Assembly (NCBI RefSeq): GCF_001194135.2
Contig: NC_068981.1
Location: 28,988,486 to 29,052,485 of the forward strand
From: Octopus bimaculoides
Taxonomy: Eukaryota
Length of the DNA stretch: 64,000 bases
Direction: 5' to 3'
Position 1 is the first letter of the stretch. Each line of letters opens with the position of its first letter. Under the pieces are notes generated by a model that worked only from the letters and a program-made list of their open reading frames with translations, was not told the DNA's origin and searched no databases. Of the stretch, positions 36,701 through 50,041 are shown piece by piece. The translations under genes were made by a program, and so were the position numbers.

Positions 36701-37593
36701 TAACTGAATGAACGGAAAAAATATTGAATCTAAACTGGAAAACATTAGTTTAAATAGAAGTATTAAATTATTAATAGCATATTTTAACACTAGACATGCA
36801 CATAAATATGTTGAAAGGTGAACTTTATAAAATGTGTACACTGTATGACATTCAAAACTTATTCATTTTCAATCCCACGTGATGTAAATTAAAATTTCAT
36901 CCGCACATAATTAGTGCATTAATTGTCATATACATATGTTTATTTAGTTTTAATACTGGTTTATTAAGTACGATAATTGTGATAAACATACTGGTTTAGA
37001 ATAAACAAAGAGCTTTGTAAAACAGGCCAAAAGTTTAATATATTGGTTTGCAGTGAGAAAGATGAAGATCTACCATAGCTCCAGGAAATCAACTTTACCT
37101 GAAAAAAAAAAAAAAAAAAAAAAAAAAGAAAAGAACGGAGCAATGTCCAAATATTCCCGCCACGAAAAAACAAAGCTCAAATCTATAATAAGGTTCATGA
37201 TCAGAACTTTAATTTTTGTGTATTTACTACAGATTTGGACAAATTGCAGACATTAATTATTGACTAATGCACCCTCTAGTATCTTCAGTATCCTACATAT
37301 ACTTGACAAATTTTGTTCTTAAGCAACGAAAATATTATATACACGCAACAAATTCTGAACATTTCAAATTTTGCTATTAGTCAATACTGTGACAGAGAAA
37401 ATATGCAAAAATTATTAATTAGACGCCGGTTAATATTCTGTAATATTATTCTCATAACAAAAAAAGGCAACTAATTAATTGAATAATTAATTAATTAAAT
37501 CAAAGTATTACGTGGCAAAAAAGAAAAAGAGCAAATATTGGTTTTAAATTTAATGTTGTTCACAACTTTAGNNNNNNNNNNACGCACGCACGC

Positions 37594-37646
<53 letters not shown>

Positions 37647-38250
37647 ATATTATATATATGTGTATGCGTGTGCATGTCTATGTGCGTACAGAGGGAGATA
37701 AAAGTGGATCTGTGTGTATGCATGTGTGTATGTACTTTCAAGTAACTGAAAGCAAGTTATTGGTATACCACATATTTCATTACATACGTTTCAATAATGA
37801 ATAATCAATCAAATCAATTACAGATCGTTGACGAAAATATTGAAATAGAAAGTTCGTTGTAATATTGCCCTTATACAATAAATAGATAAAAATAAAATAA
37901 AATAAAATAAAATAAGAAATAGATAACAAATCATGCTTTGGCCAAAAGATAAAATATATCTTCTTGTGGCTGTTATTTTACCAAAGTTAAACCGTTGACT
38001 TTGTTAAACAATGTTTACTTCCATTTTGTAGAGTGTATTGTTTGAGGTGGATTTTGCTGTTATTTCTAGTAGGTTTAACGACCGCATAAATGATTCCTAA
38101 TTGGCTCATTGCAAATTATTTTTGTTGGTCAAGCGCTCTACCATCTGAAAGAAAACATTGCTACTGCTAAGTGTCAATGAAGGAGACTCTGTGCGGTCAA
38201 GCGGGCAATTATTGATGGAGAACACTATATTTAGGGTCCACGATAATATA

Positions 38251-38377
38251 CAGGGTGTCCACAAAGTCTGGGTACATGGAGTAAATAAAATCATAACATA
38301 AACAATCGAATATAACAAATAATAATTTCTTAAAGTATGTGTTAATCCCCATGTGCCCAGACTTTGTGGACACCCTG
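38251..38377. mobile_element. 127-bp Tc1/mariner-type MITE
   Basis: 29-bp TIRs CAGGGTGTCCACAAAGTCTGGG(T/C)ACATGG with 1 mismatch; TA on the left, TG(TA) on the right. Confidence 0.88.
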
Positions 38378-38514
38378 TGTATTACCCGCGAAATGATGAA
38401 TAACAACCATCAGCTCGGCGGGATTTGAAACATGTCTAACCAAATACAAGTTATTATATCTGACGCTCTAATGATTGTTCCAATTGTTCATGAGCAACAA
38501 TAATAATAGTTACT

Positions 38515-38886
38515 AGTTGCAAATTTTGGCACATAGCCAGCAATAATGGGGAAAGAATTAATTCGATTACGTCGATGCCAATGTTTAACTGGTACTTATT
38601 TTATCGACCCCTGAACGGATAAAAGACAAAGTCGACCTAAGCGGAGTTTGAACTCAGGACGTTGTTGTGTCGACGCCCCCAGGCAAAGAAGTAGGATCTC
38701 CCAAGACATATAAATAGAAGTAGTCTGGCCGTGGTAGGCGTGTCGAGTAGCAGTTGTGTAGCGGTTGAGTAGAGACCATCCGAAGGGGCTAGATAGCAGT
38801 AGCATTGAGACATAACAGACGTAAAGACGAACAAATGTCGCTAAATATATTGGTCAGTGTGCTAACAGTCCTGCCAGTTCTCCGAC
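38515..38886 (-). mobile_element. SINE family B interrupted by a solo-LTR-like insertion
   Basis: Family B sequence resumes exactly after removing 38663-38817 and one GACGT copy. Confidence 0.85.
38663..38817 (+). mobile_element. 155-bp solo-LTR-like element
   Basis: Begins TGTTGTGTC, ends GACATAACA (8/9 inverted; TG..CA). 5-bp TSD GACGT at 38658-62 and 38818-22. TATAAATA at 38709-16 gives the tentative orientation. Confidence 0.72.
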
Positions 38887-38902
38887 TCATCTATAATAAT
38901 AA

Positions 38903-39108
38903 TTATTGCTTTCAAATTTTGGCATAAGACCAGCAATTTCGGGGAGAAGGGGTAAATCGATTAGTCAACTGGTACTTATTTTATTGACACCGAAAGGATG
39001 AAAGGCAAAGTCGACTTCGGCAAAATTTGAACGCAGGACCTAAAGACGGAAGAAATATCGTTAAGTATTTTGCGCGGCGCAGTAACGATTCTGCCAGCTC
39101 CCTGTCTT
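38903..39108 (-). mobile_element. SINE family B
   Basis: TTTCAAATTTTGGCATAAGACCAGC..CGAAAGGATGAAAGGCAAAGTCGAC..AACGATTCTGCCAGCTC. Confidence 0.88.
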
Positions 39109-39124
39109 ATCAATAACAGTAATG

Positions 39125-39318
39125 ATTGGTTTTCAAATTTTGGCACAAGGCCTGCATGTTTGGGGGATGGTCTAAGTCTATTAAATCAACCCCAGTGTTC
39201 AACTGGTTCTTATTTTATCGACCCCGGCGGAAATTGAATCTTAATCGTAAAAACGGACGAAATGCCACTAAGCTTATTGTCCGGCGCCGCAACGATTCTG
39301 TCAACTCGTTGCCTTATC
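39125..39318 (-). mobile_element. SINE family B, internally deleted
   Basis: Same tail and head as neighbours; central GAAAGGATGAAAGGC segment absent. Confidence 0.8.
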
Positions 39319-39398
39319 GATAATTATAACAAACCTGAAGATTGTTCTAGCTATTCTATTTCCTTACTTTATCAATATTATTGTACGACAACAATAGC

Positions 39399-39716
39399 GA
39401 AGGTGGGTGGTTTAGTGGTTAAGGTATTCAATTCACGATCGTAAGAGCGTGAGTTCAATTCCCGGTGACGCGTTATGTTTGAGCAAGACACTTTATTTTT
39501 CACTGCCCCAATCTGCTCAGCTGGTAAGAATAGTACCTGTATTTCAAAGGGCTAACTAACCTCGTCACATTCTGTGTCATACTGAATCTCCCCGAGAGCC
39601 ACGTTAAGAGTACACGTGTTTCAGGAGTGCTCAGCCATTTGCACGTTGATATCATGAGCAGGCTGTTCCGTTTGTCGGATCAACTGGAGCCCTCGTTGTC
39701 GTAACTGAAGAAGTGC
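39399..39716 (+). mobile_element. tRNA-derived SINE sharing the 3' half of family C
   Basis: Head GGTGGTTTAGTGGTTAAG..GAGTTCAATTCCC; body CTGAATCTCCCCGAGAGCCACGTTAAG..GGATCAACTGGAGCCCTCGTTGTCGTAAC matches family C. Confidence 0.82.
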
Positions 39717-40322
39717 TAGTAAAACGGTGCACTAGTTGCTATTACAATGAGCGTAGACTTGGTATTCTTTTTATGAATTTAGCTTCATAGATATCTGAAT
39801 CAAACTTCGGACAGGCTCCCAATACAAGACTCATCCGCGTCGTCCAAATTGTGTGAGGGGAAGCTAGTTAACAGAAACTATGTAATATTCCTTTGGAAAG
39901 GGTAACTCCTATCTTTGAGTCGAATATTGGAGGCGTTTAACATTGCCACAAGTTACATCGGTATTTTCATTAAAATCCATTTTGTTTAGGTTTCCTGTCT
40001 TAGGATAACTTCTTTTTTCTCCTACTAGTGACAGAGGGATCGTAAAGGGTCGGAGAAACAGACCTTCTTTCCGTGATTTAGCGATAAACAAAAACACCCA
40101 AGTTGTTACCAATTCTGTAGTGTTTGCCAATTTTGTTACATCAGATCTTATTAACAATACAACGAACTCATCTATTTATTTTGCAGCTGCACATAAATCG
40201 TCGCCATCGTTTTCCACCTCCTCCTCCTCCTCTACCACATCCTTCTTATAATGCTGTTGTTGTACTTCTTTTTCTCGCTGCTGCTGCTCTCGTACAACAA
40301 CAACAACAACAACAACAACTAG

Positions 40323-40361
<39 letters not shown>

Positions 40362-40559
40362 AGTGATTGGATGATGGGACTAACTTACTGCGGTTATGCA
40401 TTCTTTCCATTTTCATCACGAACTGCCTGGAGCAGTGCTGTTTCCAACTTTGACTTTAGTTCTACATATTGCTTTTGGAGAGATTATAATCACAATGTTG
40501 CTTCAAGTCTAAACGGAAATTTAGATATATGTAACTGGGATCCATCTTTTAAACATATA

Positions 40560-40591
<32 letters not shown>

Positions 40592-40609
40592 AACACACAA
40601 ATACACACA

Positions 40610-40652
<43 letters not shown>

Positions 40653-41140
40653 ACACAAATACACACAAACATATATATATATATATATATATATATACCT
40701 ACATATATATCTAACTATCACTATATATATACATACACACACACATATATATATATTTCTATATATATATAGATATATAGATATTTGTATATGTATATGT
40801 ATGCATGTCTGTATACATTTCTTGCATATTGCATATTTACATTTTACTGGAGGAATTATGAAGTACAAGATTGCATAAGTTCCAGGCTTTTCGAGGTGCA
40901 TTTTTTACGTAACTAAACTGAAATAATTAGGAAGAATCAAAGTGATAGTTGTCTATATGTTGATTATTACTTATCAACTGGAATTTCAGCTATTTTGATT
41001 GAATTTCAAGAAAGAATTACATCTGCATATAGTTACATATAATAACATTGTTTTTCTTCACATTTATACCTCCAAACAAAGCTGTCAGCTCATGCACATA
41101 TTCAATCATACACACACACACACACACAACGCTTATGCAT

Positions 41141-41420
41141 GAAGGCGCGTGACTTAATGGTTAGGCGTGTTACACTAAAGATGGTGATCGTAGGTTCGAT
41201 TCCTGGATCGGCTGGGCATTGTGTCCTACAGTAAAACACTTCTTTTTCACGTTGTTCCTCATCATTCCGATGTAAATGAGTTAATCCTGTAATGGGCCAG
41301 CTTTCCAACCAGGGGAAATGTTGACTTGCTTACCTGGCCAGTGGGGTGGTATGATTCGAAATCCGAAACGATGCAAGGTGCATTGTGACCAGCAATGTAT
41401 AGCAACATCCGATAAACTGG
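41141..41420 (+). mobile_element. Older tRNA-derived SINE (distinct body)
   Basis: GAAGGCGCGTGACTTAATGGTTAG..GGTTCGATTCCTGG head with clear B-box, then CACTTCTTTTTCACGTTG..TGTAAATGAG. Confidence 0.7.
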
Positions 41421-41496
41421 TAGATTTCGTGATCATGTGATATATATAAATGTATATATATAACGAAGTAATGGCATAAAGCAGTGTTTACGTATA

Positions 41497-41686
41497 ATCA
41501 CAATTTAGGTTAGTTGGGATATGTTTGTCACGTATTGTTGACAGAATGGAATCCACTAAACGAACTGGGTGTTCTCCCAACTTTCTACCATAAGAGAGAT
41601 TTTTTTTCTCCACGGTAACTGCAGTGTATTTCCCTTTAGCAGTAGATACATGTAACCAACATATTTCAACTAACTTAAACTGTGAT
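41497..41686. mobile_element. MITE family M, copy 1
   Basis: Imperfect TIRs ATCACAATTTAGGTTAGTT.. / ..AACTAACTTAAACTGTGAT; internal TTTTTCTCCACGGTAACT shared with the other two copies. Confidence 0.7.
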
Positions 41687-41691
41687 ATATA

Positions 41692-41722
<31 letters not shown>

Positions 41723-41723
41723 A

Positions 41724-41755
<32 letters not shown>

Positions 41756-41843
41756 TGTGTGTGTGTATCCATCGATCCGTCGTCCGTCTGTCTATCTATC
41801 TATCTATCTATCTATCTCAGTATCTAAATGAGTTTAGGTATAA

Positions 41844-42209
41844 GCGAACTTTAGGTGAATTAATATGTTTGTGATATATTTCAACTTCTAAACGCAAATT
41901 CTCTACGGTTATCTTGGGGAAAAGAATTATCTCTTAGAGTGAAAGGTGTAAAAACACCATATCTGGGTAGTGCTGCCCCCTATCGGAATTCCAGACGTTA
42001 TTTGAGTTCTTTAGCTGCTGTCGATGTGAAATAACGACTAAAGAACTGTAAATGAATCTGTGAATCCAATAGGAAGCAACACTGGGAAGATATAGTGTTT
42101 TTACACTTTTAACATTTAAGCACAAGTTTTTCTCCACGGTAACTGCGGAGCATCCGCTTTTAGATGCTGAACTGTGTCACAAACTTGTTTTAACTCACCT
42201 AAAGTTCGC
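41844..42209. mobile_element. MITE family M, copy 2
   Basis: TIRs GCGAACTTTAGGTGA.. / ..TCACCTAAAGTTCGC extending imperfectly for about 120 bp; TA-rich flanks. Confidence 0.82.
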
Positions 42210-42942
42210 ATATATATATACATATGTACAGTTTTGTATCATATCAGTATGAACTTACAGAGGTTTTTCTGTAATGTTGCAATAATCAATGAGGAAGAGT
42301 TTTAAGCTGTCTGCACTGTGAAAATTGATATTCGTATTTAGAACCGGAAAGAAGAAACACTGAACACAGCTCCAAATTTTAACGATTTTTCATAGCAACA
42401 GACGACAGAAATGATCGTGTTCTGACTTTTGAAAACGACCGTCTCATTTATCATCGAAAGTTGCAATGTTGGATGCACCTGTAAAATTTCCTACTATTTG
42501 GTTTTAGAGCAAGATTGATAAATATATCTTGTTGCCATAAAAATTTGTACCGCGAAGTGAACCTAGTTAGTTAATGTCAGGACCTGTTTGTTTTCGTTCA
42601 AATGTTCAGAAAACCTTTCCAAAAAGTGTCATAGCAAACAAAAAGTAAACGTAAGTATATGGCTACGATGTCGAAACACAAAGGCATTTGGAGTAGCAGG
42701 TTGGATCGATGTCAATGTTAACCACCTCGAAAATCTTTTAAGAATTGCTGTAATGTGAAGGTGATGCTGAACTTCATATTTAATCTGAATAGTGTCGTTC
42801 AATAAGTTCTTTTGATTAATTTTTGGGAGAATAATAATATGTTGTACATGGGTTTCTCGACGTCTTTAAATGAAGCAGTGTGCACTTCCTGTTTTCTGTG
42901 ATGCTACCTCAATCAAGGCTGAAACTTAGAAAAATCTATTTA

Positions 42943-43130
42943 GGCTTATGTGTCACTACTCATTGAATTTTGGGCAAAGCACGAGATGACTGTTCCAGAT
43001 TTTGCCCTTGCAGAATTGTTTTCCTTTCTCAAGTTGAAATCTAACAAGAAAATCATCAACGTCAAAGACTAGGATTTGTCGAGTAAAACTCACTGAAAGA
43101 TTTGCGTACCAAAGCCTTCTTTCGGCATGC
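42943..43130 (+). mobile_element. Possible hAT-Charlie transposase C-terminal remnant
   Basis: LIEFWAKHEMTVP..ELFSFLKLKSNKKIINVKD*DLSSKT loosely matches the Charlie-type EFW..P..FSxLxxIKxKxRxxLNVxxD..LSKT pattern. Confidence 0.35.
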
Positions 43131-43653
43131 AGAAATTTTAGACCGCACGCGCGCGCGCCACACACAGCACAGATATATGTATTCACAGACACAAACGCAG
43201 CAAAGATATACGTAAGCACAGACGCGCGCGCACGCACACACACATTTCCTTATATACTTATACAAACACAGTTATACATATGTGGAATATAGAAAGAATG
43301 AAAGAGAACTAAAAAGAGAAGTAATAGCTGAAAGAACGTGGCTTAACCATAGAATATTTAAATGATATTTTTGAAATTCTTTGAATAGATAATTCTCTCT
43401 TACATTCCATTTCCTTCTAAACACATGTACACACATGAAATGAACGTGCACACACACACACACACGCAAACACGCACATAAACATATACGCAGTCGCAGA
43501 TGCATACACACAGAATCTTACGTACGAGTGTTTGTGTCACGCACAGACACAATCGCACTTTCACTTTCAGCCTGTCTTCAACCTACCATCTTTCTCTCTC
43601 TGTCACTCTCTTCACACACACACTTACACACACACACACACTTACACACACAC

Positions 43654-43730
<77 letters not shown>

Positions 43731-43942
43731 TATGGATGTATGTTTGTTTGTATATGTATGTATGTATGAAATCTATGATTGAAAGCGTATGTTTGAACAC
43801 ATGCATGTATGTATGTACGTGCGTACGTACGTATGTGTATATGTGTCTAGGTGTGTTTATGAGAGTATATGTATGTGTAAGAGAGATTATGTGCGTACGT
43901 GTCACTACCGCTGAACTTCTCTCTTGTTCTTTCGCCTTGCAG

Positions 43943-44164
43943 TTTCACCTATTCGCCAATCAACGTCTACGAGATCATTTGGAGCAGCCGTTTCTGAATG
44001 GATTGGAAAAAGGGCCGCCAGAGACAATCCGCACTTCATCTTGTATTTCTCAATAGCCGGATTGACTGCGGATGACAAGAGTTCTCCGTGAAAGTTCAAT
44101 GATTGACGTAACATTAACGCTGTCAACGGAACACTTCTACTTTAGTGGTTATTTTAGAAATAAA
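43943..44164 (+). CDS. Candidate terminal exon of an unidentified gene (frame unresolved)
   Basis: Strong acceptor CTTCTCTCTTGTTCTTTCGCCTTGCAG, then ~150 nt of complex, relatively GC-rich non-repeat sequence, then AATAAA at 44159-64. Phase 0: FHLFANQRLRDHLEQPFLNGLEKGPPETIRTSSCISQ*. Phase 1: SPIRQ..SEWIGKRAARDNPHFILYFSIAGLTADDKSSP*. Phase 2: FTYSPINVYEIIWSSRF*. Confidence 0.45.
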
Positions 44165-45339
44165 TAAATAAATAAATGGATGAATAAATTTATAAATAAA
44201 GTTGTATTAATGATGAGCAAAAAACAACCGAGGAGTATATGTACATGTGTGCATGCAACCAATCTCACAAGAACCCTCAGATACGCACATACACGCGCGA
44301 GCACATACACACTCACACATTCGCATACAAAAATACACATGAATATATGAAATTTGTAATATGCGTATGTATGTATGTATGCATATAAATTCGCAATATG
44401 TGTATCTACATACATATATGTATGCACATGATTTTGTATTATATTTGCATGTATGTATAAACACATATACGCACATAAGCACACATGCACATATTAAATT
44501 ATAAAAATGCTGAAGCAAGTAGAAAATATCATTTAAATATTAAAAAAAAAACTTAACACTGATAAAAATAAGAATTTAACGAAGAGGAATAATAAAAAAA
44601 ATAAGCATACATAAGACATAAACATAAATACATAGCTAAACACATACACACGCACGAACTGCAACACACACACATGTATGTATNNNNNNNNNNNNNNNNN
44701 NNNNNNNNNNNNNNNNNNNNNNNNNNNNNNNNNNNNNNNNNNNNNNNNNNNNNNNNNNNNNNNNNNNNNNNNNNNNNNNNNNNNNNNNNNNNNNNNNNNN
44801 NNNNNNNNNNNNNNNNNNNNNNNNNNNNNNNNNNNNNNNNNNNNNNNNNNNNNNNNNNNNNNNNNNNNNNNNNNNNNNNNNNNNNNNNNNNNNNNNNNNN
44901 NNNNNNNNNNNNNNNNNNNNNNNNNNNNNNNNNNNNNNNNNNNNNNNNNNNNNNNNNNNNNNNNNNNNNNNNNNNNNNNNNNNNNNNNNNNNNNNNNNNN
45001 NNNNNNNNNNNNNNNNNNNNNNNNNNNNNNNNNNNNNNNNNNNNNNNNNNNNNNNNNNNNNNNNNNNNNNNNNNNNNNNNNNNNNNNNNNNNNNNNNNNN
45101 NNNNNNNNNNNNNNNNNNNNNNNNNNNNNNNNNNNNNNNNNNNNNNNNNNNNNNNNNNNNNNNNNNNNNNNNNNNNNNNNNNNNNNNNNNNNNNNNNNNN
45201 NNNNNNNNNNNNNNNNNNNNNNNNNNNNNNNNNNNNNNNNNNNNNNNNNNNNNNNNNNNNNNNNNNNNNNNNNNNNNNNNNNNNNNNNNNNNNNNNNNNN
45301 NNNNNNNNNNNNNNNNNNNNNNNNNNNNNNNNNNNNNNN

Positions 45340-45416
<77 letters not shown>

Positions 45417-47755
45417 TACTTAAACATACACATTTGTGTGTGTTTCTGTGTATAAAAGTCACCACCACAACTTTGTAACGAAACAGTCGTTTACAGTCTT
45501 ATTGATTTCTTTATCTCAAGAAGAATGAAAATTTTAAAATTCAATAACTTTCACAAATTAAACATTCTTGATAAGGGAGATAGGGACAAAAATCTAATGA
45601 CATAGACCAAGGTCGGTGACACACCCTATGTATGACGTCACTTCATGTATAAGAGCTATTTTTATCCCCGTATATATGCATACTCAGACACATATGTACG
45701 TAAATATGTATAAATGTATGCCTATAAATGTATGAATGTACGAGCATATATATGTATATATGTATAAATGAAGGAATACACACACACACACACACATATA
45801 TATTTGTGTGTGTGTGTGTGTGTGTGTATAATATGTATGTATGTGTGCGCGTTGCAATCTTATGTCATGTATCATATAAGTTTAATGCTTAATTTTATAT
45901 AGTAATCTGTGTATCGCGCTTAATGTAAATACTTCACTGAACTCCTAATTAACTGCTGTATTCGTCTCGAAATATCTCCTCTAGACATACACTGTTAAAT
46001 GACACAAAATACATGATTAGCAGCAGAAAATCGGCCATTACTGGTAGTAGTATTTCCTGATGCAAACTTCTGCCTCTTTAGGCTTCGTCAATGACAAGTA
46101 CTCACTGGCAGCTACATTCTAAATCCATATCTATCGTCAGTGATACAGTAACTGAAAAATCACTCGTTGTTGTTGTTAGCTGGACAGTTGAATGGAAATT
46201 GGCACATGCAGCAGAAGCAATATTTTATCTGTATCATAAAATGATATCATTGGGAGCAATGTATGGGTATATTCATGGCTATGAGATCAAGAAACTACTT
46301 TATTGTGAGTTCAATTACACTGCATTAAAAATTTCGAGCTATGTTATTGAACAGAGTCTTAAGAACTTTGACTTTTTACATCGTCATCGAATGTATCGTG
46401 GAATTGAATGTTCGCTGACATTTTGCATTTCTGTTGCCACACTGTAGCAGACGTACATGGTAAAGTGAAATGACTTGCTCATGAGCACAATGCGATGTTC
46501 GGTCCAGAAGCCGAATCCACAATTCAGAAGTTAATACAACAGCTAACTTTCCTTCACTATTAGAATTTTGCTATGTTTGTACATTAGACATTGAGTCACT
46601 TTTGTAAATTCCTGATTTAAAATAAATTGTATATGAACATAGTTTAATATTGGTTCAGCAGTAAATTCTATTATAGGTGTAGGAATACAAAAAGGAGATA
46701 TCGGTTCAGTCTATTCAACAAATTACTGGTACTTATTTTCATCTACTCTCAAATGAATAAAAAAAAATGTCGACTAGTTTGTAAAGGGAGATAACTACAT
46801 ACCATACTTCATTGGCATTTTAATGGTTCTTCTGATACACAGTCGCACGAGTTGATTATAATAATTGTTATTTAGTAAAGCTTAATCAAGTGTTACCTTA
46901 TCTAACATAATTCCGACAAACTCTCTCTAAGATTATATCAATTTTTTATTAACAAAAGTAGTTTGTAATTCGAAGGAAATGGTTAGCTATTTCTAACAAG
47001 TCGGGTAAACACGTAGAGATTTCCAAAAGCATTTCATCGGCTGTACAGCTTCTCAAAATAACAAGCAAGCAATACAGTAACACTCTGAGTCAATTTGAGT
47101 CGCTCACGTCCTTTTACTCTATCACTCACTCACTCTCTTCCTCTGTCTACTCTTCTCTTTTCCTCCTGTCTTTACCTAAAAAAAAAAAAAAAAAAAAAAT
47201 CAATATTTTAAACTTGAATTTAATCCTAGTAGGAATATTGTTATCAGTAAAATGGATATTTCAGGCCTAAGATATATTTTTCTATTTTTGCTTTAATACA
47301 AAAGCAGCTACCGATATATGATGGTAATATTGGAATCGGCTGTTAGACAGAATCATTTGAAGGATGAAATCTCATGGATTATGTCATCTATCGCTTAATG
47401 TACTCGGTTGAGTTCAGGCTAAGTGATGAAATGAAGTGTAAAAATTATGTTAACTGCCATAGCATATTAGTGTTTTGATGGAAATAGTGGGATTTTTCAT
47501 TCTTTATCTGTTCAGAAACTGAGTATCTACTGGAGCAGAAAGAAATAGCGTGGCCTGCAGATATGCCATTTCACAAGACTATTACTGGCAGCAATTGATA
47601 ATCAATGATCAATGAACTTAGATCACTCTTTCCTTCTCTTTTTCTTTCATTCTCGTCTTCTGTTACCCCCTCTCTCGCTTTCTCTATCTCTTTCTCACTC
47701 TTCCTCCATTCTCTTTCTATATCGCTTTGTTACAACTCTCTTTGTCCTGCATACA

Positions 47756-47788
<33 letters not shown>

Positions 47789-48911
47789 ACATGCGCAAAC
47801 ACATACAGATGCAAGCACTCACATATTTGTATATTTTTATGTGTTTATGTATATGACTTCATCCTCTTAGCTCATCCAGCCATAGAAAGATAGAGGCTTT
47901 CTCTCTCGCTTCNNNNNNNNNNNNNNNNNNNNNNNNNNNNNNNNNNNNNNNNNNNNNNNNNNNNNNNNNNNNNNNNNNNNNNNNNNNNNNNNNNATATAT
48001 ATAAGTATATGTATGTATGCATACGTATACATACATACTCACGAATACAAACATACACACACACACGCATACGTACATAAAGATATCCATGTTTGTATAC
48101 GTATATGTATATGTGTGTATGTATATACATACGCGCACACACACATATATATACATATACACGCATACACAAAATGAGAGGGGGAGAGAGCAGGAGACAC
48201 AGAATGTAGGAGAGAAAGATCGTTTGTGGGTGTATATCTAAGAATGTAAATGTTTGTCGGCGTGCATTTTTCTGCATTTTATAGAGACTGTTCACAAGTA
48301 TGTGAACACTCATGTACGTACTACACATGTACGTACTAACGCACATGCGCATTCAGTCATATGTATAACTTCCGAGCCTCTTTTCCTTTATTCCTCACAG
48401 ACTTACTTAAATTTCTCCACACTGTCACTCTTTTTGTCTCTCGCCTTTTATCTGCACCTTTCTCAATCTCCCACCTTACTCAATCGCATTACACTTTCAT
48501 CTTCAAATATATCAAATAGTCTTAAATGTGTTCTTTTGCTTATACGTTGTTTAATCAACACAGTTGAAAATTAGTGACTTTAAGCATTTAATTATACAGT
48601 GTCAATACTGTTCACAATTAGGTTTCAAATAAAGCATGTTCATCAAACACAATATATTTTCAGCATTATATTCAATACATTTTAATTTAGATTTATACAG
48701 TATATGCAAAGCAGCATGTACTATACATTTAAGTACGCATTTTATTTTCATATCGGCGCAGATATAACTGGGTAGTTTAGAAATTGGCATTGTGACAAAA
48801 TGAGTTCATTTAGAACCTTAGGAAAGTCTTCTACGATTAATACTTCGGGAATGACTTTGGTAGACAGAAACTGCGAGGAAGTCTGTCGTGCGTGCATGTA
48901 TGTGTATATAA

Positions 48912-48943
<32 letters not shown>

Positions 48944-48998
48944 CATATATACATATATATATACATATATATATATATACACACATATACATAGATAC

Positions 48999-49050
<52 letters not shown>

Positions 49051-49605
49051 CTAGACAGATAGATATATATATATAGATAGATAGATACATATATATGTGT
49101 GTATGTATGTGTGTGTGCGTGTGTGTGCGTGCGCTTTGTGGGTTTGCTCACCACCATTGACAATCGGTATTGGTTTCCTTGGGTCCGTGTAGTAAAGCGG
49201 TTGGACAAAATGCAACGTAGAAAAAGTCCCAGACTTTAAAAATAAGTAATAATATCAATTTGTTTGAATAAACCATTCCAGGAAGTGCCTCAGTATGACA
49301 ACAGTCCAATTACTGAAGCAAAATGAATGATAAAAGTCGGAGCTGCAAATAACAGTAACAAATGTTTTTCGTCAGATTTTTAGCCAAAATCCTGATGTTG
49401 GCATTCTGGTTAATATTTTAAAAGTATATAACAACGACAACAGAAACAGCAACTGCAGCTCTGCAACAGCAACAAATCAACACTAGTGCACACAAATTTG
49501 AAATAGTGCTATCTACCTTATTGCACATAGGTTTCATGCGTTAATATATATTACTCGAAACAGCGAAATGTTTAGTTATATGAGAACCAATTTTTTTTAT
49601 GTCAA

Positions 49606-49822
49606 TATATTGGTTTCAAATTTTGGCACAACACCAGCAATTTCGGAGATGGGAGCAAATCGATTACATCGATCCCACTGCTTAATTGGTACCTATTTTG
49701 TTGACACCAAAAGAATGAAATGCAAAATCGACACCGGCTTAATTTGAACTTAGAGCGTAAAGACTGACGAAATTCCGCTAGGTATTTTGCCTGGGGTGCT
49801 AGCAATTCTGACATCTCACCGT
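49606..49822 (-). mobile_element. SINE family B (diverged)
   Basis: TTTCAAATTTTGGCACAAC..GAATGAAATGCAAAATCGAC..GAAATTCCGCTAGGTATTTTG. Confidence 0.85.
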
Positions 49823-50041
49823 TTATTTTTCTGCTAATATGTTCCAAAATCATTGTATTGACATAATCGGCAGAGCATGAGACTAACAACCTTTAGGTAT
49901 TAAGTTATCTCATTTTTAACTCGATGGTAGACTTCATCTTTGATTCTTCTAGGAATCTTAAATTGAGAAGCAGTCTACCGCTGAGGATAATGGTAATCGT
50001 CAATTCTTGTTTCATTACTTATGGCGTTATGGCTACGTAAA

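Noticed and set aside
42956-43243. Minus-strand ORF with ILVFDVDDF resembling a HAD DxD motif
   Set aside because: Lacks the T/V after DxD, starts in a microsatellite, and is antisense to a plausible hAT remnant.
43905-44126. 73-aa minus-strand ORF (..DLVDVDWRIG..), COMM-domain-like by eye
   Set aside because: Similarity is limited to a few residues, and the + strand has much stronger acceptor and poly(A) signals. Not fully excluded.
46091-46447. 118-aa + strand ORF preceded by a plausible acceptor
   Set aside because: No recognisable domain or donor, and it runs into a SINE fragment; chance or transposon-derived.
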